In this document: piece by piece, positions 43,704-55,963 of the stretch
Layout of the letters: the number at the start of each line of letters is the position of its first letter
How positions within the stretch are numbered: position 1 is the stretch's first letter
From: Escherichia coli
GTDB lineage: Bacteria > Pseudomonadota > Gammaproteobacteria > Enterobacterales > Enterobacteriaceae
Direction: 5' to 3' (one strand)
NCBI RefSeq assembly: GCF_044647545.1
Contig: NZ_CP172818.1
Length of the DNA stretch: 64,000 bases
Notes under the pieces: generated by a model
Databases searched by the model: none
What the model saw: only the letters and a program-made list of their open reading frames with translations
Told to the model about the DNA's origin: nothing
Position numbers and translations under genes: made by a program

Positions 43704-44156
43704 TTATTCGTCTGAATCTAAAACATACTTTGTGAAGTATTCCTTTAACTGGGTTTCAGGAAGAGTGATTAGTGTCTCGACGATATAGGGCTGTTGTAAC
43801 TTGCCAAATAAACAGCGTAAAAGTTTCAATTGCTGCTGCGGATTTTCCACAATCAACGCAATAACCAACGATACCGCCACGTCGTTATCATCATCCGCTT
43901 GCTGAAAATGAACTTTATTTGTTGGCCTTAACAGATAAATGGCTGACGACTTAGCATGAATCGCCTCACAATGCGGTATTGCAATGGCGTGCTGCTCAAG
44001 CATTATCCCGGTAGGGAATTCTGCTTCTCTGGCAATTAATGCCTGTGGCCAGGTATCATGAACCACACCTTTCGCGAGCATCTCATTACCGATATGGGTT
44101 AAAACTTCGCTACGATCGACAAAAGAAATTCCGCTACGAACAAACAGGTTAGTCAT
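43704..44156 (-). CDS. gatA: PTS galactitol-specific EIIA component
   Basis: 150-aa ORF, EIIA(Ntr/Mtl-like) fold with active-site His (IAIPHC). Confidence 0.9.
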   Translation of the reverse strand: MTNLFVRSGISFVDRSEVLTHIGNEMLAKGVVHDTWPQALIAREAEFPTGIMLEQHAIAIPHCEAIHAKSSAIYLLRPTNKVHFQQADDDNDVAVSLVIALIVENPQQQLKLLRCLFGKLQQPYIVETLITLPETQLKEYFTKYVLDSDE

Positions 44157-44165
44157 ATATCGTCC

Positions 44166-46365
<2,200 letters not shown>

Positions 46366-46425
46366 TCAAATGTCGAGATAACGATCACAAAAACGACAAT
46401 GTGAAAATTAATCAGAATGACAGGC

Positions 46426-46453
46426 AAAAAAAACGGCCTCCCGGGGAAGCCGT
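46426..46453 (-). terminator. Rho-independent terminator downstream of fbaB
   Basis: Minus-strand hairpin cggcttccccgggaggccg followed by T8 (+ strand aaaaaaaa at 46426-46433). Confidence 0.55.
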
Positions 46454-46536
46454 AACGAAGTGCGCGTGTTTTTATGCCGGATGCAACGTAAACGCCTTTT
46501 CTGTCCTACGGGGTGGTGCTGTTCATATGAGGCGCA

Positions 46537-47589
46537 TCAGGCGATAGTAATTTTGCTATCGAGATAAACGTCCTGTACGGCGTTAATCAGTTTCACGCCG
46601 TCAGCCATCGATTTCTTGAAGGCCTTACGTCCAAGAATCAGCCCCATTCCGCCTGCGCGTTTGTTGATAACCGCAGTACGCACTGCATCGCTGAGGTCAG
46701 TTTCACCGCCTGCAGCACCGCCGGAGTTTATCAACCCGGCCCGGCCCATATAGCAGTTAGCTAACTGATAACGCACCAGGTCAATCGGGTTTTCACTGGT
46801 CAGTTTGCTGTAGACTCGATCGTCGGTATAACCGTAATTAATCGCTTTATAGCCGCCGTTATTTTCCGCCATTTTTTGTTTGACGATATCTGCACCTATG
46901 GTTGCCGCCAGATGGTTCGCCTGACCAGTCAGGTCGGCGGAAACATGGTAATCAACGCCATCTTTCTTAAAGGCGGAGTTACGCAAATAGGCCCACAGCA
47001 CTGTCACCATGCCCAGCTCGTGCGCACGTTCAAAAGCCGCAGAAATTTCTTCAATCTGGCGACGTGACTCTTCCGAGCCAAAATAGATAGTCGCCCCAAC
47101 CGCCACCGCGCCCATATTGAACGCCTGCTCCACGCTGGCATACAGCGTTTGATCGTAGGTATTCGGGTAACTTAGCGTCTCGTTGTGATTAAGTTTGACG
47201 AGGAATGGAATGCGATGCGCGTAACGCCGCGATACCGATGCCAGCACGCCGTAAGTTGACGCCACACAGTTACAGCCCGCTTCGATCGCCAGTTCAACAA
47301 TGTTTTTCGGGTCAAAGTAGAGCGGGTTAGCGGCAAATGAAGCTCCGGCAGAATGCTCAACGCCCTGGTCAACCGGCAGAATAGAAAGATATCCTGTGCC
47401 AGCCAGACGCCCGGTGTTGTACAACGTCTGCATATTACGTAACACCGCTGGCGGGCGATTATTGTCAATCATCACGCGGTCTACGTAGTCATGTCCGGGG
47501 AGATAAAGCTGGTCAGAAGGAATAGTCATACAACGGTGCTGTAAAAGGTTGTCGGCGTCTTTGCCAAGCAACTGCGCAATATCTGTCAT
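46537..47589 (-). CDS. fbaB: Fructose-bisphosphate aldolase class I
   Basis: ORF 46537..47661; start at [24 protein letters not shown] (ATG 47587-47589), 350 aa. Confidence 0.9.
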
Positions 47590-47845
47590 TACTATGCTCC
47601 CGTAAATTCCGATTGGATATCGGCTATGGATTGTCCTGGCCCGCCTTTTGCGGGCAATCATAATCCTGGTCGTTACGGGCGAGTTTTTCCATCTTTTGGA
47701 TGTTTTTTCAGCGTTTTCTGTTGGCTCGATTCATCAGAAAAAATGTTACCGCGGTCAAGTTTTCACCGCAAAGGTATTTGAAAGGTATTATTAAGTGGTA
47801 TTGTCATCGCGTACCTTACATTACCTGTCATGAAGGAATTAAAAG

Positions 47846-49123
47846 ATGAAAACAACAGCAAAGCTGTCGTTCATGATGTTTGTTGAATGGTTTATCTGGG
47901 GCGCGTGGTTTGTGCCATTGTGGTTGTGGTTAAGTAAAAGCGGTTTTAGTGCCGGAGAAATTGGCTGGTCGTATGCCTGTACCGCCATTGCGGCGATCCT
48001 GTCGCCGATTCTGGTTGGCTCCATCACTGACCGCTTTTTCTCGGCACAGAAAGTGCTGGCGGTATTGATGTTCGCTGGTGCGGTGCTGATGTATTTCGCC
48101 GCGCAACAGACCACTTTTGCCGGGTTCTTCCCGTTACTGCTGGCCTACTCGCTAACCTATATGCCGACCATTGCGCTGACTAACAGTATCGCTTTTGCCA
48201 ACGTGCCGGATGTGGAGCGTGATTTCCCACGCATTCGTGTGATGGGGACTATCGGCTGGATTGCCTCTGGTCTGGCATGTGGATTCTTGCCGCAAATGCT
48301 GGGTTATGCCGATATCTCACCGACGAACATCCCGCTGCTGATTACTGCCGGAAGTTCTGCTCTGCTTGGTGTGTTTGCGTTTTTTCTGCCCGACACGCCA
48401 CCAAAAAGCACCGGCAAAATGGATATTAAAGTCATGCTCGGCCTGGATGCGCTGATCCTGCTGCGCGATAAGAACTTCCTCGTATTTTTCTTCTGTTCAT
48501 TCCTGTTTGCGATGCCACTGGCGTTCTATTACATCTTTGCCAACGGTTATCTGACCGAAGTTGGCATGAAAAACGCCACTGGCTGGATGACGCTCGGCCA
48601 GTTCTCTGAAATCTTCTTTATGCTGGCATTGCCGTTTTTCACTAAACGCTTTGGTATCAAAAAGGTATTGTTGCTTGGTCTAGTCACCGCTGCGATCCGC
48701 TATGGCTTCTTTATTTACGGTAGTGCGGATGAATATTTCACCTACGCGTTACTGTTCCTCGGTATTTTGCTGCACGGCGTAAGTTACGATTTTTACTACG
48801 TTACCGCTTACATCTATGTCGATAAAAAAGCTCCCGTGCATATGCGTACCGCCGCGCAGGGGCTGATCACGCTCTGCTGCCAGGGCTTCGGCAGTTTGCT
48901 CGGCTATCGTCTTGGCGGTGTGATGATGGAAAAGATGTTCGCTTATCAGGAACCGGTAAACGGACTGACTTTCAACTGGGCCGGGATGTGGACTTTCGGC
49001 GCGGTGATGATTGCCATTATCGCCGTGCTGTTCATGATTTTTTTCCGCGAATCCGACAACGAAATTACGGCTATCAAGGTCGATGATCGCGATATTGCGT
49101 TGACACAAGGGGAAGTTAAATGA
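47846..49123 (+). CDS. yegT: MFS nucleoside:H+ symporter-family transporter YegT
   Basis: 425-aa polytopic membrane ORF resembling NupG/XapB-type transporters. Confidence 0.85.
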   Translation: MKTTAKLSFMMFVEWFIWGAWFVPLWLWLSKSGFSAGEIGWSYACTAIAAILSPILVGSITDRFFSAQKVLAVLMFAGAVLMYFAAQQTTFAGFFPLLLAYSLTYMPTIALTNSIAFANVPDVERDFPRIRVMGTIGWIASGLACGFLPQMLGYADISPTNIPLLITAGSSALLGVFAFFLPDTPPKSTGKMDIKVMLGLDALILLRDKNFLVFFFCSFLFAMPLAFYYIFANGYLTEVGMKNATGWMTLGQFSEIFFMLALPFFTKRFGIKKVLLLGLVTAAIRYGFFIYGSADEYFTYALLFLGILLHGVSYDFYYVTAYIYVDKKAPVHMRTAAQGLITLCCQGFGSLLGYRLGGVMMEKMFAYQEPVNGLTFNWAGMWTFGAVMIAIIAVLFMIFFRESDNEITAIKVDDRDIALTQGEVK

Positions 49124-50124
49124 AAACAGAACGTATTCTCGGTGCTCTTTATGGGCAGGCGTTAGGGGATGCGATGGGGATGCCCTCCGAGCTTTGGCCA
49201 CGCAGCCGCGTTAAAGCACACTTTGGCTGGATTGATCATTTTCTGCCTGGACCAAAGGAGAATAACGCGGCCTGTTATTTTAACCGCGCCGAATTCACCG
49301 ACGATACCTCGATGGCGCTGTGTCTGGCGGATGCGTTACTGGAACGTAAAGGCAAGATCGATCCGGATCTGATTGGGCGTAATATTCTCGACTGGGCGCT
49401 GCGTTTCGACGCCTTTAACAAAAACGTACTAGGTCCGACCTCGAAGATTGCGCTTAACGCCATTCGCGACGGTAAACCCGTTGCTGAACTGGAAAATAAC
49501 GGCGTGACCAACGGCGCAGCGATGCGCGTCTCGCCATTAGGTTGTTTGCTTCCGGCGCACGATATTGACTCTTTTATTGATGATGTGGCGCTGGCCTCCA
49601 GCCCGACACATAAATCCGATCTGGCGGTTGCGGGGGCGGTAGTCATCGCATGGGCGATTTCTCGTGCCATTGACGGAGAAAGCTGGTCAGCGATTGTTGA
49701 TTCACTGCCTTCAATTGCGCGACATGCTCAACAAAAACGCATCACTACCTTCAGCGCCTCACTGGCAGCACGTCTGGAGATTGCGCTGAAAATTGTGCGC
49801 AATGCCGATGGCACCGAATCCGCCAGCGAACAGCTTTACCAGGTCGTTGGCGCAGGTACCAGCACTATTGAGTCCGTTCCGTGCGCCATTGCGCTGGTTG
49901 AACTGGCACAAACCGACCCGAACCGTTGCGCCGTCCTGTGCGCTAACCTTGGCGGCGACACAGACACCATCGGTGCTATGGCGACGGCAATTTGTGGCGC
50001 GTTGCATGGCGTTAACGCTATCGATCCTGCGTTAAAGGCGGAACTGGATGCAGTAAATCAGCTTGATTTCAACCGCTATGCCACGGCGCTGGCGAAGTAT
50101 CGCCAACAACGGGAGGCGATATGA
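49120..50124 (+). CDS. yegU: ADP-ribosylglycohydrolase-family protein YegU
   Basis: 334-aa ORF (MKTERILGALYGQALGDAMGMPSELW...DDTSM...) typical of the ADP-ribosylglycohydrolase fold; 4-bp overlap with yegT. Confidence 0.85.
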   Translation: MKTERILGALYGQALGDAMGMPSELWPRSRVKAHFGWIDHFLPGPKENNAACYFNRAEFTDDTSMALCLADALLERKGKIDPDLIGRNILDWALRFDAFNKNVLGPTSKIALNAIRDGKPVAELENNGVTNGAAMRVSPLGCLLPAHDIDSFIDDVALASSPTHKSDLAVAGAVVIAWAISRAIDGESWSAIVDSLPSIARHAQQKRITTFSASLAARLEIALKIVRNADGTESASEQLYQVVGAGTSTIESVPCAIALVELAQTDPNRCAVLCANLGGDTDTIGAMATAICGALHGVNAIDPALKAELDAVNQLDFNRYATALAKYRQQREAI

Positions 50125-51086
50125 GCGGCGCTCGATTACACACGCTGCTGCCTGAATTAGCCACGCGTCAGCCGGTGATGGTCGTCGGCGCGGCGGTCAT
50201 TGATGTGATCGCCGACGCTTATGCCCTCCCCTGGCGTGGGTGCGATATCGAACTGAAACAGCAGAGCGTTAACGTTGGCGGCTGTGCACTGAATATTGCC
50301 GTGGCATTAAAGCGCCTCGGCATCGAAGCGGGTAATGCCTTGCCGCTCGGTCAGGGGGTGTGGGCGGAGATTATTCGCAACCGGATGGCAAAAGAGGACT
50401 TAATCAGCCTGATCGATAACGCCGAAGGTGATAACGGCTGGTGTCTGGCGCTGGTTGAGCCGGATGGCGAACGCACTTTTATGTCATTCAGCGGTGTGGA
50501 AAATCAGTGGAATCGCCAGTGGCTGGCGCGATTAACCGTTGCGCCTGGCAGCCTGCTCTATTTTTCCGGTTATCAACTGGCCTCGCCCTGCGGCGAATTG
50601 TTAGTGGAATGGCTGGAAGAGCTGCAAGACGTGACGCCATTTATCGATTTTGGCCCACGTATTGGCGATATCCCGGATGCATTACTGGCGCGGATCATGG
50701 CCTGTCGACCTTTAGTGTCACTCAATCGTCAGGAGGCTGAGATTGCCGCCGAACGTTTTGCTTTATCCGCAGAGATAACAACACTAGGCAAGCAATGGCA
50801 GGAGAAATTTGCTGCGCCGTTGATCGTTCGTCTCGATAAAGAGGGCGCATGGTATTTCAGCAACGACGCTTCTGGCTGCATTCCGGCATTTCCAACGCAA
50901 GTTGTAGACACCATTGGGGCGGGCGACAGTCATGCCGGCGGCGTACTTGCCGGGCTGGCCTCTGGTCTGCCACTGGCGGATGCCGTATTACTGGGCAATG
51001 CAGTGGCGTCGTGGGTTGTCGGGCATCGGGGCGGTGATTGTGCGCCAACGCGCGAGGAACTACTCCTCGCACACAAAAACGTATAG
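50121..51086 (+). CDS. yegV: PfkB-family carbohydrate/nucleoside kinase YegV
   Basis: 321-aa ORF with ribokinase-like motifs (DTIGAGDSHAGGVLAGL near the C-terminus); 4-bp overlap with yegU. Confidence 0.85.
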   Translation: MSGARLHTLLPELATRQPVMVVGAAVIDVIADAYALPWRGCDIELKQQSVNVGGCALNIAVALKRLGIEAGNALPLGQGVWAEIIRNRMAKEDLISLIDNAEGDNGWCLALVEPDGERTFMSFSGVENQWNRQWLARLTVAPGSLLYFSGYQLASPCGELLVEWLEELQDVTPFIDFGPRIGDIPDALLARIMACRPLVSLNRQEAEIAAERFALSAEITTLGKQWQEKFAAPLIVRLDKEGAWYFSNDASGCIPAFPTQVVDTIGAGDSHAGGVLAGLASGLPLADAVLLGNAVASWVVGHRGGDCAPTREELLLAHKNV

Positions 51087-51806
51087 ATCGCTGCGACAGT
51101 GGCTGATGCTGTACTCAATAGGCCGTTGCTGTTGGTCAAGCGCCACTTGCTTGATCACCAGCACCGGTACTTTGCTATCTAACTGAATATGTGACTGAAA
51201 CTCGGCATCCGGCATCCGGGCGCTAACGCGGGAACGCGTACGTTGTGGGTAAATGTGCTGGCTGCGGAAGTAGTCATAAAGAGAAATTCCGATGGCATCA
51301 ACATCATGAATTAAATGCGCCGGAACCCACGATTCCTCAATCGATACCGCTTCTTCATCGACATAGCGAATACGCTTAAGCAAAAAGACATCACTTCCCG
51401 CTTCGACCGCCAGCTGCTGCGCAACTTCTTCGGGACATTTCACGACACGCTTGTTAACCCATAGCGTATCGGGCTTTTTCCCGCGCAATACCACCTGCTG
51501 AGAAAAACCTCGCGCTTCTTTCAACGAGTATTCGAAGATGTTGTTGATCTGCGTACCGTAACCACGCGAACGCGTCACCACGCCCTCTTCTTCCAGCGCC
51601 TGCATCGCCTTGCGCACCGTAATGCGCGAAACGCCGGTTAACTGACTTAAATCACGCTCACCGGGCAAAATATTGCCATGCTCCAGCACCCCGCTGCGCA
51701 CGGCATTTTTTACCGTTTCGGCAAACTTAATATAAAGCGGCGTGTTATCCGCCGCTAAAATACGTTCGTTCAGTTGGGCAATCAGCTGGGTATGCGCTTG
51801 TTCCAT
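51060..51806 (-). CDS. yegW: GntR/HutC-family transcriptional regulator YegW
   Basis: 248-aa ORF with N-terminal GntR HTH (LPGERDLSQLTGVSRITVRKAMQALEEEGVV) and UTRA-type C-terminus; 27-bp convergent overlap with yegV. Confidence 0.85.
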   Translation of the reverse strand: MEQAHTQLIAQLNERILAADNTPLYIKFAETVKNAVRSGVLEHGNILPGERDLSQLTGVSRITVRKAMQALEEEGVVTRSRGYGTQINNIFEYSLKEARGFSQQVVLRGKKPDTLWVNKRVVKCPEEVAQQLAVEAGSDVFLLKRIRYVDEEAVSIEESWVPAHLIHDVDAIGISLYDYFRSQHIYPQRTRSRVSARMPDAEFQSHIQLDSKVPVLVIKQVALDQQQRPIEYSISHCRSDLYVFVCEE

Positions 51807-51857
51807 TTGTCTTTTTCCTGCCGGGGAGTCTGGTGGGAGTATATCACTGCTTCTTAT

Positions 51858-52685
51858 TTAAGGCGTTTCTTTAATCCCATCAACGAATCCCTGCAACTCC
51901 TCCTCTGTGCCATTAAACACATTAAAATCCACCGGACCATTAATGCCATCTACCTGCCCACGGTCGGAATGCTGCCAGAAGCGCCAGGCCATGCCGTCAT
52001 TGTCCGGACGACGTTGATAGTAGTGAGCCACCCACCACGGATATTCATTGAAATAGCCCGCCAGATTCGTGTGATAAAAAACGGCTCCTGAGTAAATAAT
52101 CGGCTTTTTCCCCGTACTTTTTTCGACCATTTTTAGCCACTGACTTACCCGCTTGCGTAATTCTTTTGCCGATAATTTTCCCCGTTCTTCTACGTCCAGC
52201 ACGGCAGGGAAATCGCCTTGTGAGAAATCCACCGTTTGCAGAAATAATCTCGCCTGAACTGAAGCGGATACCGACGGGGAAAAATAATGATACGCCCCGC
52301 GCAGCAGGCCATTTTCGCGGCTTAGTTGCCAGTTACGCGAAAAATAGGGGTCCACCAGCTTTTCGCCTTCCGTCGCCTTAATAAAAGCAAACTGTAAGCG
52401 GATACCGTTGTCGCGCATTTTTGCCACCCGCTGCCAGTCGATCCGCTCCTGCCAGCGCGAAACATCTATTCCGTGAATGGTGTAACTGGCAGGAATGCGA
52501 ATAGCAAAAGATTTGACTGGACGATAACCGTAGAAGTGGATGTAGTCTTTAATCTGAATTGCTGTCGAGTAGAAAAAATTCACCGTCTGACGCGGATAAA
52601 TTGCAACGATGGAAATTAGCCCAAGAGCGCATAATAAAGCGGTGAATTTTTTTCGACTGGTGATTCTCAGCTGCATTGGTTTCAT
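51858..52685 (-). CDS. yegX: Glycoside hydrolase family 25 (lysozyme-like) protein YegX
   Basis: 275-aa ORF with N-terminal membrane anchor and GH25 core (HGIDVSRWQERIDWQRV...FIKATEG). Confidence 0.85.
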   Translation of the reverse strand: MKPMQLRITSRKKFTALLCALGLISIVAIYPRQTVNFFYSTAIQIKDYIHFYGYRPVKSFAIRIPASYTIHGIDVSRWQERIDWQRVAKMRDNGIRLQFAFIKATEGEKLVDPYFSRNWQLSRENGLLRGAYHYFSPSVSASVQARLFLQTVDFSQGDFPAVLDVEERGKLSAKELRKRVSQWLKMVEKSTGKKPIIYSGAVFYHTNLAGYFNEYPWWVAHYYQRRPDNDGMAWRFWQHSDRGQVDGINGPVDFNVFNGTEEELQGFVDGIKETP

Positions 52686-52740
52686 CCCTGAATGTCAGCG
52701 CCAAAGGCTGACAATAACCAAAGCAGCTATAGTACGGTGC

Positions 52741-53541
52741 TCACCACCAGGCGTGGAAGTGGTGAACCGGACCAATACCGTGACCAACTTCCAGCGTGTC
52801 GGCCTGGGCTAACGCCGATGAAAGCCAGCTTTTTGCCTCCTGTACGGTGTCAGCCCAGTTTGTATGGCGCGGGCGCAGTGCAGCCAACGCCGCAGAGAGC
52901 GTACAACCAGTGCCGTGAGTGTTTTTGGTCATAATGCGCGGTGCGGTAAACCGTTGTTCCCCCTCACGAGTAAACAGCCAGTCCGGGCTTTGCCCATCAT
53001 CCAGATGACCACCTTTCATTAGCACTGCGCCACAGCCCATCGCCAACAGCGATCGCCCTTGTTCCAGCATTTCCTGTTCGGTGCGCGCGTGTGGCGCGTC
53101 GAGCAAGGCGGCTGCTTCGGGCAAGTTTGGCGTTATTAATGAAACCTGTGGCAATAATCGACTGCGCAGCGTAGCAACCGCCGAAGGTGAAAGCAGCGGG
53201 TCGCCGCTTTTTGCCAGCATAACGGTGTCGAGTACCACGTTTTGGATCTGATAACGTTGCAACCGTTCTGCCACCGCTTCAACAATATCGGTTTCCGCCA
53301 ACATACCGATTTTAGTGGTGTCGATTCGCACATCACTGAACACCGAATCGAGCTGGGCGGCGACAAAATCAGGCTCAATGCGATACACCGACTGTACGCC
53401 ACGGGTATTTTGCGCCACCAGTGCAGTAATAACTGAGCAACCATAAGCGCCAAGTGCCGAGAAGGTTTTAAGATCGGCCTGAATCCCCGCACCACCACTC
53501 GGATCAGTACCGGCAATCGTCAGAGCGTTAATTCGTTTCAT
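52741..53541 (-). CDS. thiD: Hydroxymethylpyrimidine/phosphomethylpyrimidine kinase
   Basis: 266-aa [37 protein letters not shown]...; 4-bp overlap with thiM. Confidence 0.9.
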   Translation of the reverse strand: MKRINALTIAGTDPSGGAGIQADLKTFSALGAYGCSVITALVAQNTRGVQSVYRIEPDFVAAQLDSVFSDVRIDTTKIGMLAETDIVEAVAERLQRYQIQNVVLDTVMLAKSGDPLLSPSAVATLRSRLLPQVSLITPNLPEAAALLDAPHARTEQEMLEQGRSLLAMGCGAVLMKGGHLDDGQSPDWLFTREGEQRFTAPRIMTKNTHGTGCTLSAALAALRPRHTNWADTVQEAKSWLSSALAQADTLEVGHGIGPVHHFHAWW

Positions 53542-54326
53542 GCCTGCACCTCCTGCGTCAATTGCCAGAGCGCATCAAGGAAATGTGGAACAAAACTGCC
53601 TGGCCCCTCGCTTCTGGCAACTGCGCGTTCTCCGGCTTGTTTCATCCAGTGACAGGCAGATGCGATATTTTCCAACGTATCGCCTGGTAGCGCACAACAG
53701 GCAGCGACAACCGCCGATAATGCACAGCCAGTTCCTACCACTTTGGTCATTAGCGGATCGCCACCGTGAATGCCAACGATACGATGTCCATCGGTAACAT
53801 AATCCACCTCGCCAGTGACCACGACGATTGCGCCAGTTTCCCGTGCCAGTGTTTGTGCAGCAGGTATCGCGTTAGCTGCGGCATCAGTGGTATCCACTCC
53901 CCGTCCGCCATTAGCAACGCCAGCTAATGCCATGATTTCCGAAGCATTACCACGTATGGCGGTTGGCTTATGAGACAGAAGTTCCAGACAAAAACGGCGG
54001 CGATAATCGAGTGCACCCACCGCTACTGGATCAAGCGTCCAGGGTGTTTGAGAGCGTTTTGCCTGTTCAACGGCGGCACGCATCGCCTGTGCGCGTGGCT
54101 GCGTCAGCGTGCCAACGTTAATCAGCAACGCACTGGCGATTGCCGCAAACTGACTGGCCTCTTCGGTTTCGATGACCATCGCTGGCGATGCACCGAGCGC
54201 CAGTAAGGTATTGGCAGTAAAGGTTTGCACCACATCATTGGTCATACAGTGCACAAGGGGGGAATGTTTGTGAAAAAGATGTAACGCGTGCGCAGATTGC
54301 GCGGAACTCAGCAGGTCGACTTGCAT
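53538..54326 (-). CDS. thiM: Hydroxyethylthiazole kinase
   Basis: 262-aa [42 protein letters not shown]... Confidence 0.9.
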   Translation of the reverse strand: MQVDLLSSAQSAHALHLFHKHSPLVHCMTNDVVQTFTANTLLALGASPAMVIETEEASQFAAIASALLINVGTLTQPRAQAMRAAVEQAKRSQTPWTLDPVAVGALDYRRRFCLELLSHKPTAIRGNASEIMALAGVANGGRGVDTTDAAANAIPAAQTLARETGAIVVVTGEVDYVTDGHRIVGIHGGDPLMTKVVGTGCALSAVVAACCALPGDTLENIASACHWMKQAGERAVARSEGPGSFVPHFLDALWQLTQEVQA

Positions 54327-54334
54327 AGTTTGCT

Positions 54335-54470
54335 CCTGCCATAACGTGAAGAAGCAATGACCTGGTGGTCCGTGACTTCCCTACGCTGGCATTATCCAGA
54401 TCAGGTGATACGGGTATTTCTCAGCCTTCACGCAGAAGGGCACCCCGAGTCGTTTGGTTGCGATAATAAA
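54335..54470 (-). promoter_or_regulatory. TPP (thi-box) riboswitch in the thiM leader
   Basis: + strand 54374-54446 is the reverse complement of GGGGTGCCCTTCTGCGTGAAGGCTGAGAAATACCCGTATCACCTGATCTGGATAATGCCAGCGTAGGGAAGTC, the thiM aptamer with its CUGAGA element. Confidence 0.8.
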
Positions 54471-54548
54471 TCGCAGAGGAGGATGGTAATGTCCAGCGCA
54501 CGCGTTGTAAACGGGGAAAAACGGCGGTATTACAATAACGTTGTGAAA

Positions 54549-54821
54549 TTATTTGATATAAGAATCCAGCACCTTCAGAACGACATCCAGATCTTCTTCA
54601 CGTTTTAGCTCATCCCCCTGGTGAACGATGTGTTCCGTCAGATGGCCTTTAATCACTTCCCGCATCAGACCGTTTACCGCGCCACGGATAGCAGCAATCT
54701 GTTGTAAAACTGCAGCGCATTCGTGCGGCTCGTCGAGCATTTTCTTGAGCGCCACGACCTGGCCCTGAATCTTACTGGCACGCGCTTTCAGTTTCTGTTT
54801 ATCACGGATGGTATGAGACAT
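54549..54821 (-). CDS. rcnR: Ni/Co-responsive transcriptional repressor RcnR (CsoR/RcnR family)
   Basis: 90-aa [55 protein letters not shown]... Confidence 0.9.
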
Positions 54822-54869
54822 GGCAACACCTGGTTAACAAGAATATGAAAAATCATAGCACTATTAATC

Positions 54870-54904
54870 TACTGGGGGGTAGTATCAGGTACTGGGGGGG
54901 AGTA
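54870..54904. promoter_or_regulatory. Two RcnR operator sites (TACT-G6-N-AGTA) in the rcnR-rcnA intergenic region
   Basis: tactggggggtagta at 54870-54884 and tactgggggggagta at 54890-54904. Confidence 0.7.
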
Positions 54905-54941
54905 GAATCAGATTGCCGAATTAATACTAAGAATTATTATC

Positions 54942-55745
54942 ATGACCGAATTTACCACTCTTCTTCAGCAAGGAAATGCCTGGTTCTTCATCCCCAGCGC
55001 CATCTTACTTGGTGCGCTTCATGGCCTGGAACCAGGGCACTCAAAAACGATGATGGCGGCGTTTATCATCGCCATCAAAGGCACCATTAAACAGGCGGTG
55101 ATGCTCGGACTGGCAGCAACCATTTCGCATACCGCGGTGGTCTGGTTGATTGCCTTTGGCGGGATGGTAATCAGCAAACGTTTTACTGCTCAATCTGCAG
55201 AACCGTGGCTCCAGTTGATTTCCGCGGTGATCATTATTGGCACCGCGTTCTGGATGTTCTGGCGTACCTGGCGCGGCGAACGCAACTGGCTGGAGAATAT
55301 GCACGAGCACGAGCACGAGCACGAGCATGATCATGAGCATCATCACCATCACGAACATGGCGAGTATCAGGATGCCCATGCACGAGCCCATTCCAATGAC
55401 ATTAAAAGACGATTTGATGGTAGAGAGGTCACCAACTGGCAAATTTTGTTATTTGGCTTAACCGGTGGCCTTATCCCCTGCCCGGCAGCAATTACCGTGC
55501 TGTTGATTTGCATTCAGTTGAAAGCCCTGACACTGGGCGCAACACTGGTCGTCAGTTTTAGCATTGGCCTGGCGTTAACGCTTGTCACCGTAGGCGTTGG
55601 CGCAGCAATCAGCGTTCAGCAGGTCGCAAAACGCTGGAGCGGATTTAACACTCTCGCTAAACGCGCCCCCTATTTTTCCAGTCTGTTGATTGGCTTAGTT
55701 GGTGTGTATATGGGCGTACATGGCTTCATGGGCATAATGCGATAA
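54942..55745 (+). CDS. rcnA: Nickel/cobalt efflux protein RcnA
   Basis: 267-aa membrane ORF with His-rich cytoplasmic loop (HEHEHEHEHDHEHHHHHEHGEY). Confidence 0.9.
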   Translation: MTEFTTLLQQGNAWFFIPSAILLGALHGLEPGHSKTMMAAFIIAIKGTIKQAVMLGLAATISHTAVVWLIAFGGMVISKRFTAQSAEPWLQLISAVIIIGTAFWMFWRTWRGERNWLENMHEHEHEHEHDHEHHHHHEHGEYQDAHARAHSNDIKRRFDGREVTNWQILLFGLTGGLIPCPAAITVLLICIQLKALTLGATLVVSFSIGLALTLVTVGVGAAISVQQVAKRWSGFNTLAKRAPYFSSLLIGLVGVYMGVHGFMGIMR

Positions 55746-55963
55746 CTCAATCCTTTAGGCTTGCATGTTATCTTCAGCCCAGGATGATTCTTAAATCAGC
55801 TATTTCCGCTGACTCTCTGCTCGCTAAGGATGCTTTTAGAGCATCCTTTCATTTACACTTTTTACGAAATCATGGGATCACTAACAAAATATCGCTTGTC
55901 AGTTATATTGTATGGCAGGAAAGATATGCGACTGATATTACAGATCCCCAAAGTGGAGAGTTT

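Noticed and set aside
46473-46510. REP-like sequence between fbaB terminator and gatY promoter
   Set aside because: Only a degenerate match to the REP consensus (tgccggatgcaacgtaaacgcc...); too divergent to call confidently.
54870-54904. G6/G7 runs considered as further instances of the poly-G artifact
   Set aside because: They are short, flanked by the inverted TACT...AGTA half-sites of RcnR operators, and located exactly in the rcnR-rcnA divergent promoter region.
55300-55385. CAC/GAG repeat considered as low-complexity artifact
   Set aside because: It is in frame within rcnA and encodes the His-rich loop characteristic of this efflux protein family.
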